51,741 nt of DNA from Conidiobolus incongruus B7586 (lineage: Eukaryota): the NCBI GenBank assembly GCA_000697335.1, contig JNEM01009149.1:1-51741 (forward strand), written 5' to 3'. Position numbers and translations under genes: made by a program. Positions 27,314 to 41,598 of this stretch are shown piece after piece. Within the stretch, counting starts at the first letter, position 1. Every line of letters begins with the position of its first letter. The notes under the pieces are model-generated. The model was given only the letters and a program-made list of their open reading frames with translations, was not told the DNA's origin and searched no databases.

Positions 27314-29442
27314 TATAGCAAATGCAATAAATTGGATTCATCTCATGTAAAAATTATCAAAAAATGTTATCGTTCAACTCCAATATTGGGTTTATATATA
27401 CAAATCAAATTGAATTTCATTTATCAATATTCACCTCAAAGCTATTTTAGAAAATCAAAGGTATTAGGCTTTTTATATTGAATGTTATCTAGTTCAATAA
27501 GGTAGGTTTATTTTGTGAATTATAATTTTCATTTCAGTTTTAAAAATTAAACCAAATAAGTATTAATAAAGTTTGTAGAAAACAAAATATACAATTCATA
27601 TTAAAAATAAATTCAACATATAATTAATACTCTTTAAAAACTGGAGATATAATGGGGTTCCTTTTTAAAATAAGTACATAAAACTTATCAATTGCATTAT
27701 CTATTTAAATATGCATTCAATTGATCTATAGATATTGCTTGATTTAGGTATTTGAACGAAGCTTTTACCTCAATAAAATATAAATCGTTAATGAACAAGA
27801 GTAAACTAATTAATTTATTTGGAAATAAAATCTCCTGCCTTTAATAAGTATTCAATCAAAAATACTCAATATTATTTACAGTTCAGGAGAGGATATTTAA
27901 ATTTAATAGGATAGCTCATAGTGAATAATTTTTATTAGTTAATCAAGTCAAATTAAACTATATTGATATAATATAAATAACGAGTATATAAGAGTAAAAA
28001 GGTCTTAAAATAGATTCTTGGTCAAATACACAACAATTGCAATATTGGTTTCATTTAACTAAATATTATATGAAATCTTCTAAATTATGATGAATATAAT
28101 ATGTAATAATTAGGTAGCCAAGTTCTCGTTTTGGTTTATATATCAATTCTCATCTGTTATTCGACATTTGCAGGGCCCTATTGTATTTTACTGGCTTCAG
28201 CAAACCAAGGTGTATTTATATTAATCAAATCTGTGGAAAATGTTAATTTTTTAATATTAAACATCCTCCTTTTCTACAACCCCGACTTCATAATAACACT
28301 TTCAAATCGATTGTTGCCTGATGATTATGCATTAGCAACAATACGAACTTTGTCAGCTAATATCTTTTGATATAATGGTTAATTGTATTTTCATTAGAAT
28401 ATATTCCAAAATTAATTTCATTACACATATTGTTATATGTAACAAAATTATAAAAATTTTTCATAATTTTATATTCTTCATTTTCATTCAATTCAATTTT
28501 TTGATTGATTATATTAATCATAATCTATATGTTTTTAAAACACCATTATTTATTAAAAATCATATACATATCAAATTAAATAAGACAGTAAGAATTAATT
28601 TCTAAATTTTGATTTTATTATAACACAATTCTTCAAAATGAAAATATAAAAAACATTTATTATAATTTGGACAATAATGCAATATAATAATTATTTCTCA
28701 TTAAGTTATAAAAGTTACAATTTAATCAAAATGAATGTCAGTATTGTAATAAAATTCATTCCAATTAATTGATTTCCAATATAAATTAAAAATATTAATA
28801 AAAAGGAATAAACTAAACAATTTCTTAAATAAGTATATCCGATATATTATGATTAATATTTTGAATTTTTCATTGTGATTAAAAATGAGTGTATTATATC
28901 AAATAATTTCTCCATCTATTTTTAATTTAATATATAATATCAATCGAATAAATTTTCAATATTAATATATGGCCATTTTCCAAAATATCTTAGATAATTT
29001 TATAAATTTATTTTCTGCATTATTTAATTTGTCAATATAGATAAATTTAATAATTATATAACCATATTTATAGATAAATAATATAAGTTATTCGGTCCAA
29101 ATATTAAATTTATGTTTGTGTAATCATTAGCATATATCTCATTTTCTATTAAAATCCATTTTAATTATCAAATTAGAATAAACGATAGATATTACTTTGT
29201 ATCTTAAATTTTTATTGCACATAATCAAATTCATATATTATTATAAAAAATGGACCTAATTATATTATAAAAATGATCAAGTATTCATTCTATGTTTAAC
29301 CAAAATTATTCCAAGTCTATCAATAACATTAGGATTATAGAATGCTTATCAGATTTAATCAAGTGATATATGCAATGTCTGATATATATTTGGCTTTGAT
29401 TTTTAATTACGTTAATTTGATTTAAATTAGGGATTATGAAAA

Positions 29443-29770
29443 TATAATATTATAATTACTAAGGCAATAATCCTCGCGACCAACTTCATCTCGCAAACTA
29501 TTATCTTATGAAGACACACCTCAGGAATAGCCATAACACAGCTTCAAGGACTCATTTTCTGATAATCTAATACACTTCTTTACATCACCTAGAGCCAACG
29601 GATGGTTTATATAAGGTTCATCGTCAAAATGTATTTTCATCATTACCTCTGGCCTTCTGTGAAGTTCATGAAACACTAATAAAATACCTTAACCCAAAGT
29701 ACCAAATCACAAAAAAGCCGTTTCCTTCCCTATTATCAATGTCTTGCTAGCGATGAGTAGGACCGCAATA
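29443..29770 (+). mobile_element. Probable solo LTR (degenerate)
   Basis: ~330-bp GC-richer island with TATATAA ~29608 and AATAAA ~29678, ending CGCAATA (CA>TA); TGAAA near both ends; left boundary uncertain. Confidence 0.45.
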
Positions 29771-30344
29771 TGAAATAAAAAAATTCCATCAATTTAATAA
29801 TCAATTTGTGATTATTAAACACAAAATAATTTTGGTATAATACTTGAATATTTAAAAATCTCACATTCACCTAGAGATCAAAAATTATATTAGTTGTTAT
29901 ATTAAATAAATAATTGTCCAATAATTTAACAAGTTCATTTTCTCACTTAATTGGAGTAAATTTATATGAATGATTATACTTTAAACTGAATGGTATGATA
30001 TTTATATTAACACCCATGCCAATTAATTGCATACTATATCAAGTTTGATGAATTCAATTATTTAGTAGAGAGATATAGTGATGATTAATTTAAAGCAAAA
30101 TGGACAGTTATATGGGTTATAGAATTAATTTAGGACTGATATGAATTTGTTATGACAAGATTTTAACACATTAATAAACAGTATATATTATTCATTGGAA
30201 GCTAACTATATTTTTTATTAAAAATAATATTATATAACAATCCCAGCATATCCCTTACTAAAGCTTAGAATAAATAATATGAAAAATTGGTCATAATATT
30301 TTACAAATTTGATAGTTGTGAATAATGAATATTGCATGATATGA

Positions 30345-30706
30345 TGTTCTATTTTGAAAATACCCATCTGTCTCGATTTGATAGTTAAATCCATATTACC
30401 CCTCATTTATAGTGGCTATTTCAGTCCATAATTAAAGAATATTCTTTGTTCTATTTGTTCTCTTAGTTAGATTTTAATCAAATCCTATATCATTCACTGA
30501 ATCGACTATTTAAACTCATTAGTGGTAAAGAGAGGAAAAGAGGTTTTTGTGAATATTCTGCTACAATATCTCAACAGTAAATCAGATTCAAGACATACAG
30601 TCCCGATACTTTAAAGAGCAAGCTTAATAAATAATTTACTAAATGATATTATGAGTTTTTTCCTAACAATGATCCTTATTTACTAAACTTATTAAAAAAC
30701 ACAACA
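30345..30706 (+). mobile_element. Solo LTR, family A copy 2 (362 bp), inverted relative to copy 1
   Basis: TGTTCTATTT...AAACACAACA termini; colinear with reverse complement of 25045-25398; AATAAA ~30626; flanks ATGA/ATTA. Confidence 0.8.
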
Positions 30707-32095
30707 ATTATAAATATTATTTAAATATTAATTAGCAACGTTGTTTTATTAATTCCTTTATATATGAAATGATAAACTATAAATTGAAATATTACACTTT
30801 AAAATATGAAGTAATTAGTGATTAAATTTTTCTTTGTTATTTCAACTTAGTTTATAAATATTATTTTGATGTTCTATTTTTAATGTATAGCAATGATCAT
30901 GGTTATTTTAATTTATTAAATATATCTCATATTATGGATAAGGGTTAAAACAAATCTTATTATATATAAAAAAATTAAAGTGTAAGTCTCTTTCAATTAA
31001 TATATTTCGAATTAACAACTTTATTGAGCTTATGCTGAAATTTCACTGATTTAAGCTCTCAACGTCAATATTGAACAACTCATTAATTGCATATTATATT
31101 TTATAGAATTTAATAAGTATCTTTGATCAAAAATATTAGAGTTATTATCCTCAATCTATATATTATGATGAATAAAAATCCTTATCCTTCTCAATATATT
31201 GATGAAACCTTCACTCAGATCAAATCATATGAGCTTAATGTAGAAACGCTAATTTTGACAGGTTCAAAAATTTCATTTTATCAATTTTTCTAATTAATAT
31301 TCATTTCAACTCATTCGATATAAATTTGTATTTTTCAAATAATAATTTACAAATTGTGTAGTTTTTTCATGATAACAGAATATTAACTAAACTATATTAA
31401 TCGAGAGGGTTCTAAATTACATTTAGCAATTTATTTATATAATTTAAAGAAAAAAAGATTAGTATTTGTGCTCTGAAGCAATATTTTTCATTCATAAACT
31501 TTAATTAGATTGAATTGAATATTAAATAAATTATTATTGATTATTTATAATTGGAATTAAATTAGAAATATTATGTGTAAAAGTAACGAATATATTTATT
31601 TACACCAATGTTATAATATTTATAATTTGATTCAATATTAAAGTAAATAGTATACTAACTATTTAATATAGTTTAAGTTGTAATATAGAAAGGGTTTTAA
31701 ATTGGTGATCAATGAAAGACAAAAATTTGGCTTAAATTATTGTTATTGGATCATTATAAATATTTGCAAATGCTTTATAATACCAATTATATACTAATTA
31801 GTAAGAATAGATTTAAATTATATGAGCTACATAGTGGTCAATAACAATAATTAATTAAATAGTCAAATATTAGGGAGCAAAAGTGGAATCAAGTTGATTA
31901 ATCATAAGAGAAAAATTCTTAAAAATTAATCTGATTAATTATATATAAATGGATATAAAAAATTAAGTGAAAAATATAACAATAAATTTTTCAAAGGAAC
32001 TCGTATATCTCTTTTATATTTATATTCATACTAAATAATCTAAACATTGGATGGCATATCATAACTTACTTGCATTCAAAATCTGATAAAATATG

Positions 32096-32482
32096 TGTTA
32101 ACAGACTAGTTCTCCAAATCCGTATATATAACTCCATGTTTATATTAGCTTTTATTTTCCTAAGTGATTCATGGTTTAAAAGTAAATTTAATCACTTAAA
32201 TAGCATTAATTTAGCTAATAAACATTGTTCCTCTTCTTCCTCTCAATATCTTACTATACCTCTCTGATTATTGTTTATCACTATTATTTTCTAATATTTG
32301 AGACTATCCCTATCAGTATTGAAACATATATTAGTACTATCTACCATATCATCTAATATAAATATATTAACTAATATACCTCGAATCTTAAATAAACCCA
32401 CTGATATATTAAATTGATTACATTATTCGTAATTTAAGTCTTCCTCTTCACAATACTGGGTTTAAACCTAGCTACTCTTATA
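32096..32482 (+). mobile_element. Probable solo LTR (387 bp) with 5-bp TSD
   Basis: Starts TGTTAAC, ends CTTATA (CA>TA); ATATG on both sides (32091-95, 32483-87); internal TATAAATA ~32357 and AATAAA ~32391. Confidence 0.6.
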
Positions 32483-34205
32483 ATATGAGAGAGAAATTTT
32501 CAAATCTCATTGATTAATCATAAAATTTTTGAATCATTACTTAGATTAATTCTTGCAAATTTTTATTAGAATTAATAGTATGCTATATAGAGGCTAAAAT
32601 CAAATCCTTTAAAGAGATATATATGCAAAAAATGTGATAACTTAAAGTTTACAAAATTTAAATATATTAACAAAGAGTCACATAAATAATCTCTTTTGTT
32701 AGGCTAAATTTCAAGATATTAATTTTACTTATTATAAGCTAAAATCTATTATTTCAAAAACTTGTGGCAAAAACTAATTGCAATTCCGTAAGAAAGTTAT
32801 CAATCATGTATATTATTTATCATTTCAAACAAATTAACCAAATATTTTGAAATATATTATATATATATAATTAAAGTTATGATTTGTATAATCATTAAAT
32901 CATAAATAATAAACTCTTTATTCTATTTCACAATATAAATTGTAACTACTTTCTTTCTATGATATAATATTAAAACAGAATTTGAAAAATTAATAATATG
33001 TGTATAATGTATAATCTCTTATTACTGTTAATCATATAATATCTAATTAAATCCTAAAATTTTCTATTTTCCTCTTTTAATCAGAATCAAAAATGATTAA
33101 ATCATTTCACAAAATATAATTTTATAAAAACTATATATAATACAGATTTCGAATTATATAAAATTAAATTCAAATCCCAAATAGATATCGAATATTATAT
33201 AACAATATTATTTATTTTATAAAGTGTACAAAAATATTTTCCATTTGTGAAATTGAAGCTAGGAATTAAAAATTTTATTACACTTGTGGTGAATCTGTAT
33301 TAAGCGTAATAATATTGATATTTTAAGTTTTCCGAAATGATTTGATATAAAATTTATTATTTTATTGAAAAAAAAACTTTGAAATGAAGTTGATAATAAA
33401 AATTATAAATTTCAATATTTTTTATACAAATACATAATTTGTAAATATTAAACAATTAAATGCTATCTACCATTTATTAGAACATTTTTTAAGAAACAAG
33501 TCAAAACTATGAATTTGATAAATTTGTAAAATATTTTAGTTAAATATTGACATTTTTTCAGACTGCAGTTTTTAATTATTATTCTGCTAAGCACAGGAAT
33601 AATTCAACTTAATTTGAATGTATTATATCTAAACGATAGCTTATTAAATATTCAAATTTGATTTATATTTCTTTATGCCCAGTTAATTTTAATTGCATTT
33701 AAGTTATAATTAAAATTTTTTCACATTCACTAAATATAATTACTCGATGGTTTACTCTTTTATTAAAGGTTATCTTCCCAGAATAAATGCATTGCTAAAT
33801 CAAATTAACCTCTATGCAACTGTATATTTCTTAAAGATAATAGGAAATTATAAAGATATCTAGAAAAGTATAAATATAAATTAATGTGTATACAATATAA
33901 TAATGATCAAGGATGAAAATATTATAAAAATGATATTAAACCAAAATGTCAGTAAATTTTAGAAAATATTAAATAAAAAACTTATTTTTGAAGTATTGAT
34001 GCAAGTATAAAATGAGTTTAAAAAGTTTTAATATTAATTTATTTTAACAACCAATCAAAATAAACTGAATATAAATTAAATTATTTTTTCAAATGCTTTA
34101 ATTAAGATTAAATAAAAACGAGTGATTATAATAATTTACTGGGTATAATATAATCTTTTTAATGATTAGTTTTTACTTCATATATTTTTTATTTAGTCTG
34201 GAAAA

Positions 34206-35895
34206 ATGGAAGCACAAAAGAAATTACAATAAAACGGACTTGAGTGTCCTATATCTTACAATTCATTTAGTTAAAGAAAGTGTAGGTGATAGCTACTGTA
34301 ATGTGATATTTGTTCTAAAAAGCACGTGATATTATGCAAATTATTAGATAATCATTACTATTATTAAGCACTCAAAGCTAAAGAATACATTCAGAGATAC
34401 GAATAAGGCGAATTTACAACTAAAAAATATAAATAACAAGTTTTTGAAGACTCATAAGTGAATTTGATAATTAAAAATGATATCATACCTTACACATCAC
34501 CATCCTGAACTCAAACCTCAATTCTGATAGTGATCCCTACAAAAATATTTCTACACCATTATACTTGAAGCAATCTAGAAAATTCAAAACACACTTACTC
34601 TTTATGCTAATAAAGCAGATTATTGAATATGACGTATTTATAATCATTAAAATCGATTCTTTTTTAAACAACGTATATGGCGATATTTGGTGGTGTAAAT
34701 AATATCTTCCTTTAACAAAAAATATCTTCAAAGTTATTTCAATCCAATTTACAAACTATTTATTATTAATTATTTCTTAAAGTTTTACAATAGATTCTTT
34801 TTTCAAATTAGCCCTTCTTTAGTAATCGAGATAAATCTTCTCCGGCTCTGATGAGTGTGACCTTATACGTTGACTACTTAAACTACCCAAAGAATCAGCC
34901 TGGACTTGTCAAATACTTAAAGCACTATTTTTTCTAATTTAATATCAGTATGTTTAAATTTAATGTCAGTATATTTCAAGCATTTTTTTCAGTTAAGCCA
35001 TGTTTTCTCAAGCTTTAAGAGAATAAGTTCTACCGTATTTAACTGTGAGTGTCTCATTTTCCCCGCACTGGATATATATATATATATAGTGATAAGAAGT
35101 GTAAGTCCTGAAAAGTAACAAAAAATATACTGTTTCCAGGGGTGTTGAACAGCTCAAGGCTCAAACATATGTCTGACATTGAGTATACAACCTAATTTCA
35201 TTTATATTCTCCTATACTCAGCATTTGATCCCAAATATCAAATTTACCTTCATTCCGAAAGTCCTTTTAGAACATAACTTGCTGAATGTATATCTATCAA
35301 TATCAACTATAGAGAACATTATTCAATGCCCACATCTTTTCTCAACCAGTTTTACTCACTTTTATCTCAAAAGATTACTACCATTAATATAAATTACAAA
35401 TTTAATTTCAAGACCTCCAAATTTAATGTAAATACATCATTGAAATAATCTAGATATTTTACATCTAACTAATATTAATGTAACGATGAGATAAATATTG
35501 TGAAAACACTCATTTTGGCTCATTGTGGTGTCTATTATAAGGTGTGCATCATCTTGTGCTCTCAATTCTCTCCAACCATCGATGTTGAGATAACAGACCG
35601 ACTGGAATATAATGAAATCCATAAATATTGCAATAGTCGAATAAAATTTCAACTGAAGTGAATACGACATTTTTACGTTCATGATTCATCGCTACCTATT
35701 TCAATTATACTTGTTTTACCTTCAATTAATTCTTGCATTAAGAGGCTATCCCTATAGTAAAGTTGAATCATCTAGAAAATTATGACATATACATGAATTT
35801 TTTATTTGATTAAGAAAACAATATGATGTCTAGGATAAAGCTATCAAATTGGTTGGACCTATGTTATATAAATTTAGAATTCTATTCAAGTATAA
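34206..35895 (+). pseudogene. Zn2Cys6 TF paralog 4, heavily decayed pseudogene (not in ORF track)
   Basis: ATG 34206, then SYNSFS*RKCR**LL*CDICSKKH (relic zinc cluster), KFKTHLL/MLIKQIIEYD ~34580, IFGGV ~34685, SPALMSVTLYVDYLNYPKNQPGLVKYLKH ~34840-34925, FDPKYQI ~35225; many stops and frameshifts; end approximate. Confidence 0.85.
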
Positions 35896-38341
35896 AAAAT
35901 ATGTCTTAAATGACAATACATCTTTCAACTATCATCTAATAAGTATTTACACTGATTGAAATATAAGTACATGAATAATTTCTCATATTACTATTAATCC
36001 TTGTATCTAAATATTACTGAGTAGTTGATAAAAGATTGAAAGTAATTAATTTTCTGGGATTAAGGTAATAATAATATGAATTATTTAAAACTTCATCAAT
36101 TTTAGATAGCTATTATACAAACTCAAGAAATAGATATAATAGAACAATATTATAATATTTAGGGTTATATACATAAATTTTAAATATTAGAATTATATAT
36201 TATAAAATAATAACCAATTTTTGAACTATTGAGTTAAATGAAAAATCAATATTTGATATTTTAAATATTGAAATTATATTAACAAATTAATTACTTGACA
36301 AATTTTAATGATTGATATAATAAAAATTAATATTTAATAATGGTCTATATCGTTTATTTTTAGTAGATAAATTAGTATATAGTTATGCCAAAAGCTTTAT
36401 GTCGATTGATAATATAATCAAATATTAATTGGTAATTTTTTTACTATATATAATATTAATTTGGTCAACTCTTTATATTGATATATTTTTACTAAGAGAT
36501 TTTATATAATGAACCTTTGACTATTTGGATCAGATCTTTTGAAAATATTTTAATTATGAATATTTTCAAAATTTTCAACCTGTTTTGATTAAATTGTTTA
36601 TTGGCTTTCATACATATTGGGCTTCAATTAAACAGTATCTTGAAGAGATTACTTTGCTTACTGTTCTTTGTCTTTAAGTAATATATAGAGTATAAAGTAC
36701 AATAATTTCATTGAATTATATGATGATTGTAGAAATTAAGAATATAATCATTATAAGTAAAATATTATATATTTTTTATCATCTATATTAATATTTTCAT
36801 TCAAAAAAGTAAATTATTTTCGCAAATTATGAAATAATGCTCAATAATAGTCTAAAATGAAGTACTTTTTTAATATATAAATCACAATCAAAATCATGAT
36901 AAAATTTTCAATTGTAAAAATAAATTTACAACATGGAAACAATAATTAATAAAAAAATTATATGACTTTTAAATTCTAAGTATTATAATCTATTAGCAAA
37001 GTTATATTTTTATCACTGAATTACATGGAATTTAGGAAATTATAATTAATTCAATTACAAGGTCACAAATAGTTTATGAGGAATATAAATTCTATATTGA
37101 GACTTCACATAAAATCTTTCTTTTATAGATTCAATTTTAAGTTTGACATAAATCTTCGGTAAAATCAAATATAATAGATTTATTGTCTTAATCATTCGTT
37201 CACTTAAATCAATATATTATGATTACAATCAATATAAAAGTTTCTATAAAAATTTTAAGTCATTGATTAATAAATTATATAATATTATCAGTTTTTCAAA
37301 TATGTTCAAATGGATAATTTTTATACTTATATATGGAATTTAATAGACATAAAATCAACCTAATTAAAGTTCAAGCATGATAAATAAGAGATAATATATG
37401 ATCTTTTTCACACCATTACAGAATATTTATAATGATGAGATATAATTCTAATATAGATTGGATTATTAAATTTGAGGAAATTATCCAAATTGTTTATATA
37501 TCTTAAAATTTAATTAAAAGGGAAGTTGATTAATATTGTAGTCATATATCTAAATATTAAAAATTTTGGCTGTTGATATTGGGGTGTTTGATTAAAAATA
37601 AACCCAGATCTAGCTCATATAAATTAATATAATTGAAATATTTTATTTTCGCTAATAATGATAACATTTTGATAAATTTGGTGATTTGAAATTATTTGTT
37701 TAAAATGTGATTGATTTTATATATTATTTAACTTTAGAATAGGGCGAAGATTATATTAATATCTGTTATAATATGGTTTTTTATTAATTTAATTTCTTTA
37801 TATAATGTTTTAGAAATATATTATCAAATATCAAAATAAACTTGATTTTATAAATAATAAATATTGGCTTATTTTTTTCAAAATTATTTTATATGATCAC
37901 AGATGATATGATTTTTATATTATGTTAATTTTATATTATTGAACTTCTATAAAAATTTCATTAGAAGCCAATATAGATGAAAATTATAAAATTTCTAATT
38001 TGAGCAGATTAGAACGAAAGATATTTTCAATATATTATATTAAATATAAATATTTTTAAAGCAAATTTTCAAAAAATCTTTGAATAAAAATAAATGACAA
38101 AAAAAGCTTTTAAATATATTATTATTCAATCAGTTCTATTTAACTTAAAGCTGGAAAATCATTTATATAAAACTTACCTTATTTTGAAATTTGAATAATT
38201 AAATATTTTAAATAGATATTAGAAATATTTTATATATTAATGATGTAATGTATATACCTTAAAATTAATATTTTTATAAGTTTATTATTGAATAATTTGA
38301 AAGTAATTCAAAATTAAAAGTGAAAGTATAAAAGAGCAGGA

Positions 38342-38638
38342 TGTTGTCAGTATTTAATTGATAGGCAAAGGAAGCTAGAACTGACTAGGTGTCAGATTCT
38401 TATTTAATAACTTCGTATACCTTTACCTTTTATCTAAACTCTCCAATAATTTATTCTTTATTCAATCTTATTTATATTATCTAAAATCTTACCTTAATAA
38501 ACAGCTTTCATAACCTGAATAACGAAAGCTTCCTGAAATAAGTAACTACCCTAGTTTCCAGCACTAGGATAGTATACTAGGATTGATTAAATTTACTTTA
38601 AATACACATTTTAAGCAACTATATTAACTTTTATAACA
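38342..38638 (+). mobile_element. Possible solo LTR
   Basis: TGTTGT...ATAACA termini, internal AATAAA ~38496, GC-richer than flanks; no TSD found. Confidence 0.3.
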
Positions 38639-39894
38639 ATCAAATAGATATATTAATAGTTATATTAAAACTGATCACCAGTTTATTAAACTTAACATAG
38701 GATATTCATACGAATCTAAAGATAATAGCATAAAAATATATTATTAATAGTGTAATTATTAAATGAATGGATGCATTAAATCAAGAATTCAAGAATTAAT
38801 CAAGTTTGAATTAAATTTAATTGAATTAGATAAATAAGGTATAAAAAAATAAATATTAAATGTGTCTCAATTGATATTTAGAGAAAGTAACTTAAATTTT
38901 GATTTAAACCGAATAAGTTGATAAGTAAGTGAATATAAATGTTTTTAATATTATAATCTTTATCTTGATTGATTAAAAAATACTATGATAAATAAATCAA
39001 GGATGCTACTAAATTTATTTTACTAAAAAATGATAAAAGTATTTAGCTTAAAGATCAAAAACCATGATTACAGAATCCAGTACAAAATTATATAAAAAAG
39101 AATATATAATATTAGATGATATAGATACTAATAGCATATTATTATTTCCAACCACTTCAAAAAAATAAATAATGATAGTATATAAATTAGATATTTAAAT
39201 ACAAATATTATTGTTTTATGTAAGAGGAATAATATAAAAACGTTTATTTAATAAAATAATATTTAAATACAAACAGCTAAAATTATCAAAACTTAATTTA
39301 TTTAAAATAACTGAACTTTAATACCATATTTACCAGCTATAAATCCCTGTTGATATTATTGTTTTGATGATTTATAGAATTTGAACCAAGGAAAGAGATT
39401 TAATGATACTTCTCTATGTAAAAAATAGGGGTGCAATTTTGAAGATATATTCTAAAAAATTATGTGAACGTGTTAATTAATAATATTATAGAATTCTGTT
39501 ATTTGAAAGTGAGGAAGTTATTAATGATCAAAATGAAATAATTTTTTTCTAGCTATTATTTTGTTAAATTAAATTTCAAAATTGGTGTACTTTTATAATT
39601 ACGTTTTATTATGAATAGATGTATTGTCTCTATATAAAGATACATATAATAACCCATATATACCATAGTATTGGGTAAAATCTATCATTATATTGTATTA
39701 AGAAGCATAGTAAAATTATCCGATATCGCATTATCATTAGTGAAACTTAAAAAATTTGAAGCCCATGTTAGCATAATCGTTGAGGCGGTTCGTTTAAAAC
39801 CATAATTAAAGTTTTATAACTTTTAAATACATGGAGTTCATCATCAATTTTTGGTCTTGTAAAAATTATTCCTATCTGCTGGATTGATAACAAT

Positions 39895-41598
39895 ATGGAA
39901 GAGAGGAAAGAAAGTTCCGTTTCTTGTGATACTTGCAGATTGAGAAAAATTAGATGTGGTAGGGAGTTTCCAAAATGTAAATATTGTACCAAAAAATCTG
40001 TCTTTTGTAATTATCCTAATCATTCTCATAAGAGGTCGAGTCAAGTTACGGAGTTTTCGTCGTCGCAAAATGTTTTGAATTTCAAAAGGAGTGTTGAGAA
40101 ATTAACGAAGAAAAATAATATAGTATTGAGGAGATCTAGAAGGCCACATTCTTATTATGATATTCAGATAATTTTTTACCAACCCAGCCCCAATCCAAGT
40201 AAAACTTCACCCTCCGATAATTCACACGATCTGATAAGCGCTCTAAGTAAAAGAAAGTTCCAACAATTCGAAACCCATCTGATATATATGTTAACGACGC
40301 AAATCATCCAAAACAACGTTGAAATAATACCCGAAATTGAAGCATTCGTAAGCAAATTACAGTTAGGGATATTCGGAGGGGCAATTAAGCTGCATATTCA
40401 TTTGAGCCAGGAATGGATCCGAGAGCTTTTTCATCCCGATTTTCAAATGAAACTCATCCAATGCTACTTTGAAAATTTTCACGCGGTTTATCCTTATTTT
40501 TCAAAATATAAATTTTACACCAATTGTGAAAAGATTTCTCCAGTGTTGAAGAGTGTAATAATGTACGTAGGATATACGAGTTATTCTAGGCAGCATCCCG
40601 AACTCTTGAAGTATTTGAAGCATTGTGCCATGATTCAGCTTAAGAAAAATATGTTTAATGTTAGTATTGATGTATGTCAATCTCTGTTTATTTTTAGTTA
40701 TCATATGCTATTTCAGGGATTGGCCAAACAATCGCTGGTTTATTTCAATCAAGCATGTTTGATGTCTTCCGCTTTGGGAATCCATATGACAATACCCAAT
40801 ATTAGCCCAGAGTTTGAAAACGAAAGACATTCACTTCGCGTCACATCACATGCTCAAGATACACACATAGCCGCAAATTTGGGCATTCAACCCTATTTCA
40901 TATTTCTAGATCCCCATCCTAAGCGTTTAGATCCAAAGTACCAAATTAATCCATATTCCAAAGATTCATACGAGCAAATCCGCGCAGAATGCACATGTCT
41001 AACACGAGATTGCTTCAATCAATATTGGACTCCTTCAACTAGCCTAATGATGGTATACTCACTAACAACATCTAAACAATCTGAAAATTTCAATCAAAAA
41101 ATCAAAATCCTCAACCAACTGTGCAACTATTCATTTATCAACACCCTCCGAAAGTACTTGCAACTCAGCACTCGACTAAAAACCCCTGAAGAGATAGACA
41201 TAGCAAAAAAATTTGTTTGGGCTCATTGCGGTATGTACTATACACTGACACTCATTTTATTCTCCCAACTCCCTCCCACAATTGACCCCTGCACACAACA
41301 ATTGGATATGGGCACTTTGAAAGCGATTCAGGCTGCTACCGCATTGTATAACATCACATATAGCGATCCTGAAAGTTGTGTAGTAATGTTCTATCATTAC
41401 GTATCACAAATTTCTCTATTCTATATTAAAACTATACTTCATCTCGAACAATATCCTGAGATTCAAAAGGAGTTAAAAAAGAAGCTGAAGGATGTTTATC
41501 AATTATTTATTAGATTGCAGAAGAAGTACCATTTATCAGATGATACTTTGGAAGTGGTTGAAAGTTTAGCTAAATATTTTAAAATTGGATTAAAATAA
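39895..41598 (+). CDS. Zn(II)2Cys6 transcription factor, paralog 5 (567 aa, intronless)
   Basis: CDTCRLRKIRCGREFPKCKYCTKKSVFCNYP; colinear similarity to paralogs 2 and 3. Confidence 0.93.
   Translation: MEERKESSVSCDTCRLRKIRCGREFPKCKYCTKKSVFCNYPNHSHKRSSQVTEFSSSQNVLNFKRSVEKLTKKNNIVLRRSRRPHSYYDIQIIFYQPSPNPSKTSPSDNSHDLISALSKRKFQQFETHLIYMLTTQIIQNNVEIIPEIEAFVSKLQLGIFGGAIKLHIHLSQEWIRELFHPDFQMKLIQCYFENFHAVYPYFSKYKFYTNCEKISPVLKSVIMYVGYTSYSRQHPELLKYLKHCAMIQLKKNMFNVSIDVCQSLFIFSYHMLFQGLAKQSLVYFNQACLMSSALGIHMTIPNISPEFENERHSLRVTSHAQDTHIAANLGIQPYFIFLDPHPKRLDPKYQINPYSKDSYEQIRAECTCLTRDCFNQYWTPSTSLMMVYSLTTSKQSENFNQKIKILNQLCNYSFINTLRKYLQLSTRLKTPEEIDIAKKFVWAHCGMYYTLTLILFSQLPPTIDPCTQQLDMGTLKAIQAATALYNITYSDPESCVVMFYHYVSQISLFYIKTILHLEQYPEIQKELKKKLKDVYQLFIRLQKKYHLSDDTLEVVESLAKYFKIGLK

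Noticed and set aside
32307..32317. TCCCTATCAGT, the first 11 nt of tetO
   Set aside because: Second half of the operator absent; lies inside a probable LTR
38407..38419. Exact loxP 13-bp arm ATAACTTCGTATA
   Set aside because: No second inverted arm after an 8-bp spacer; AT-rich 13-mer consistent with chance
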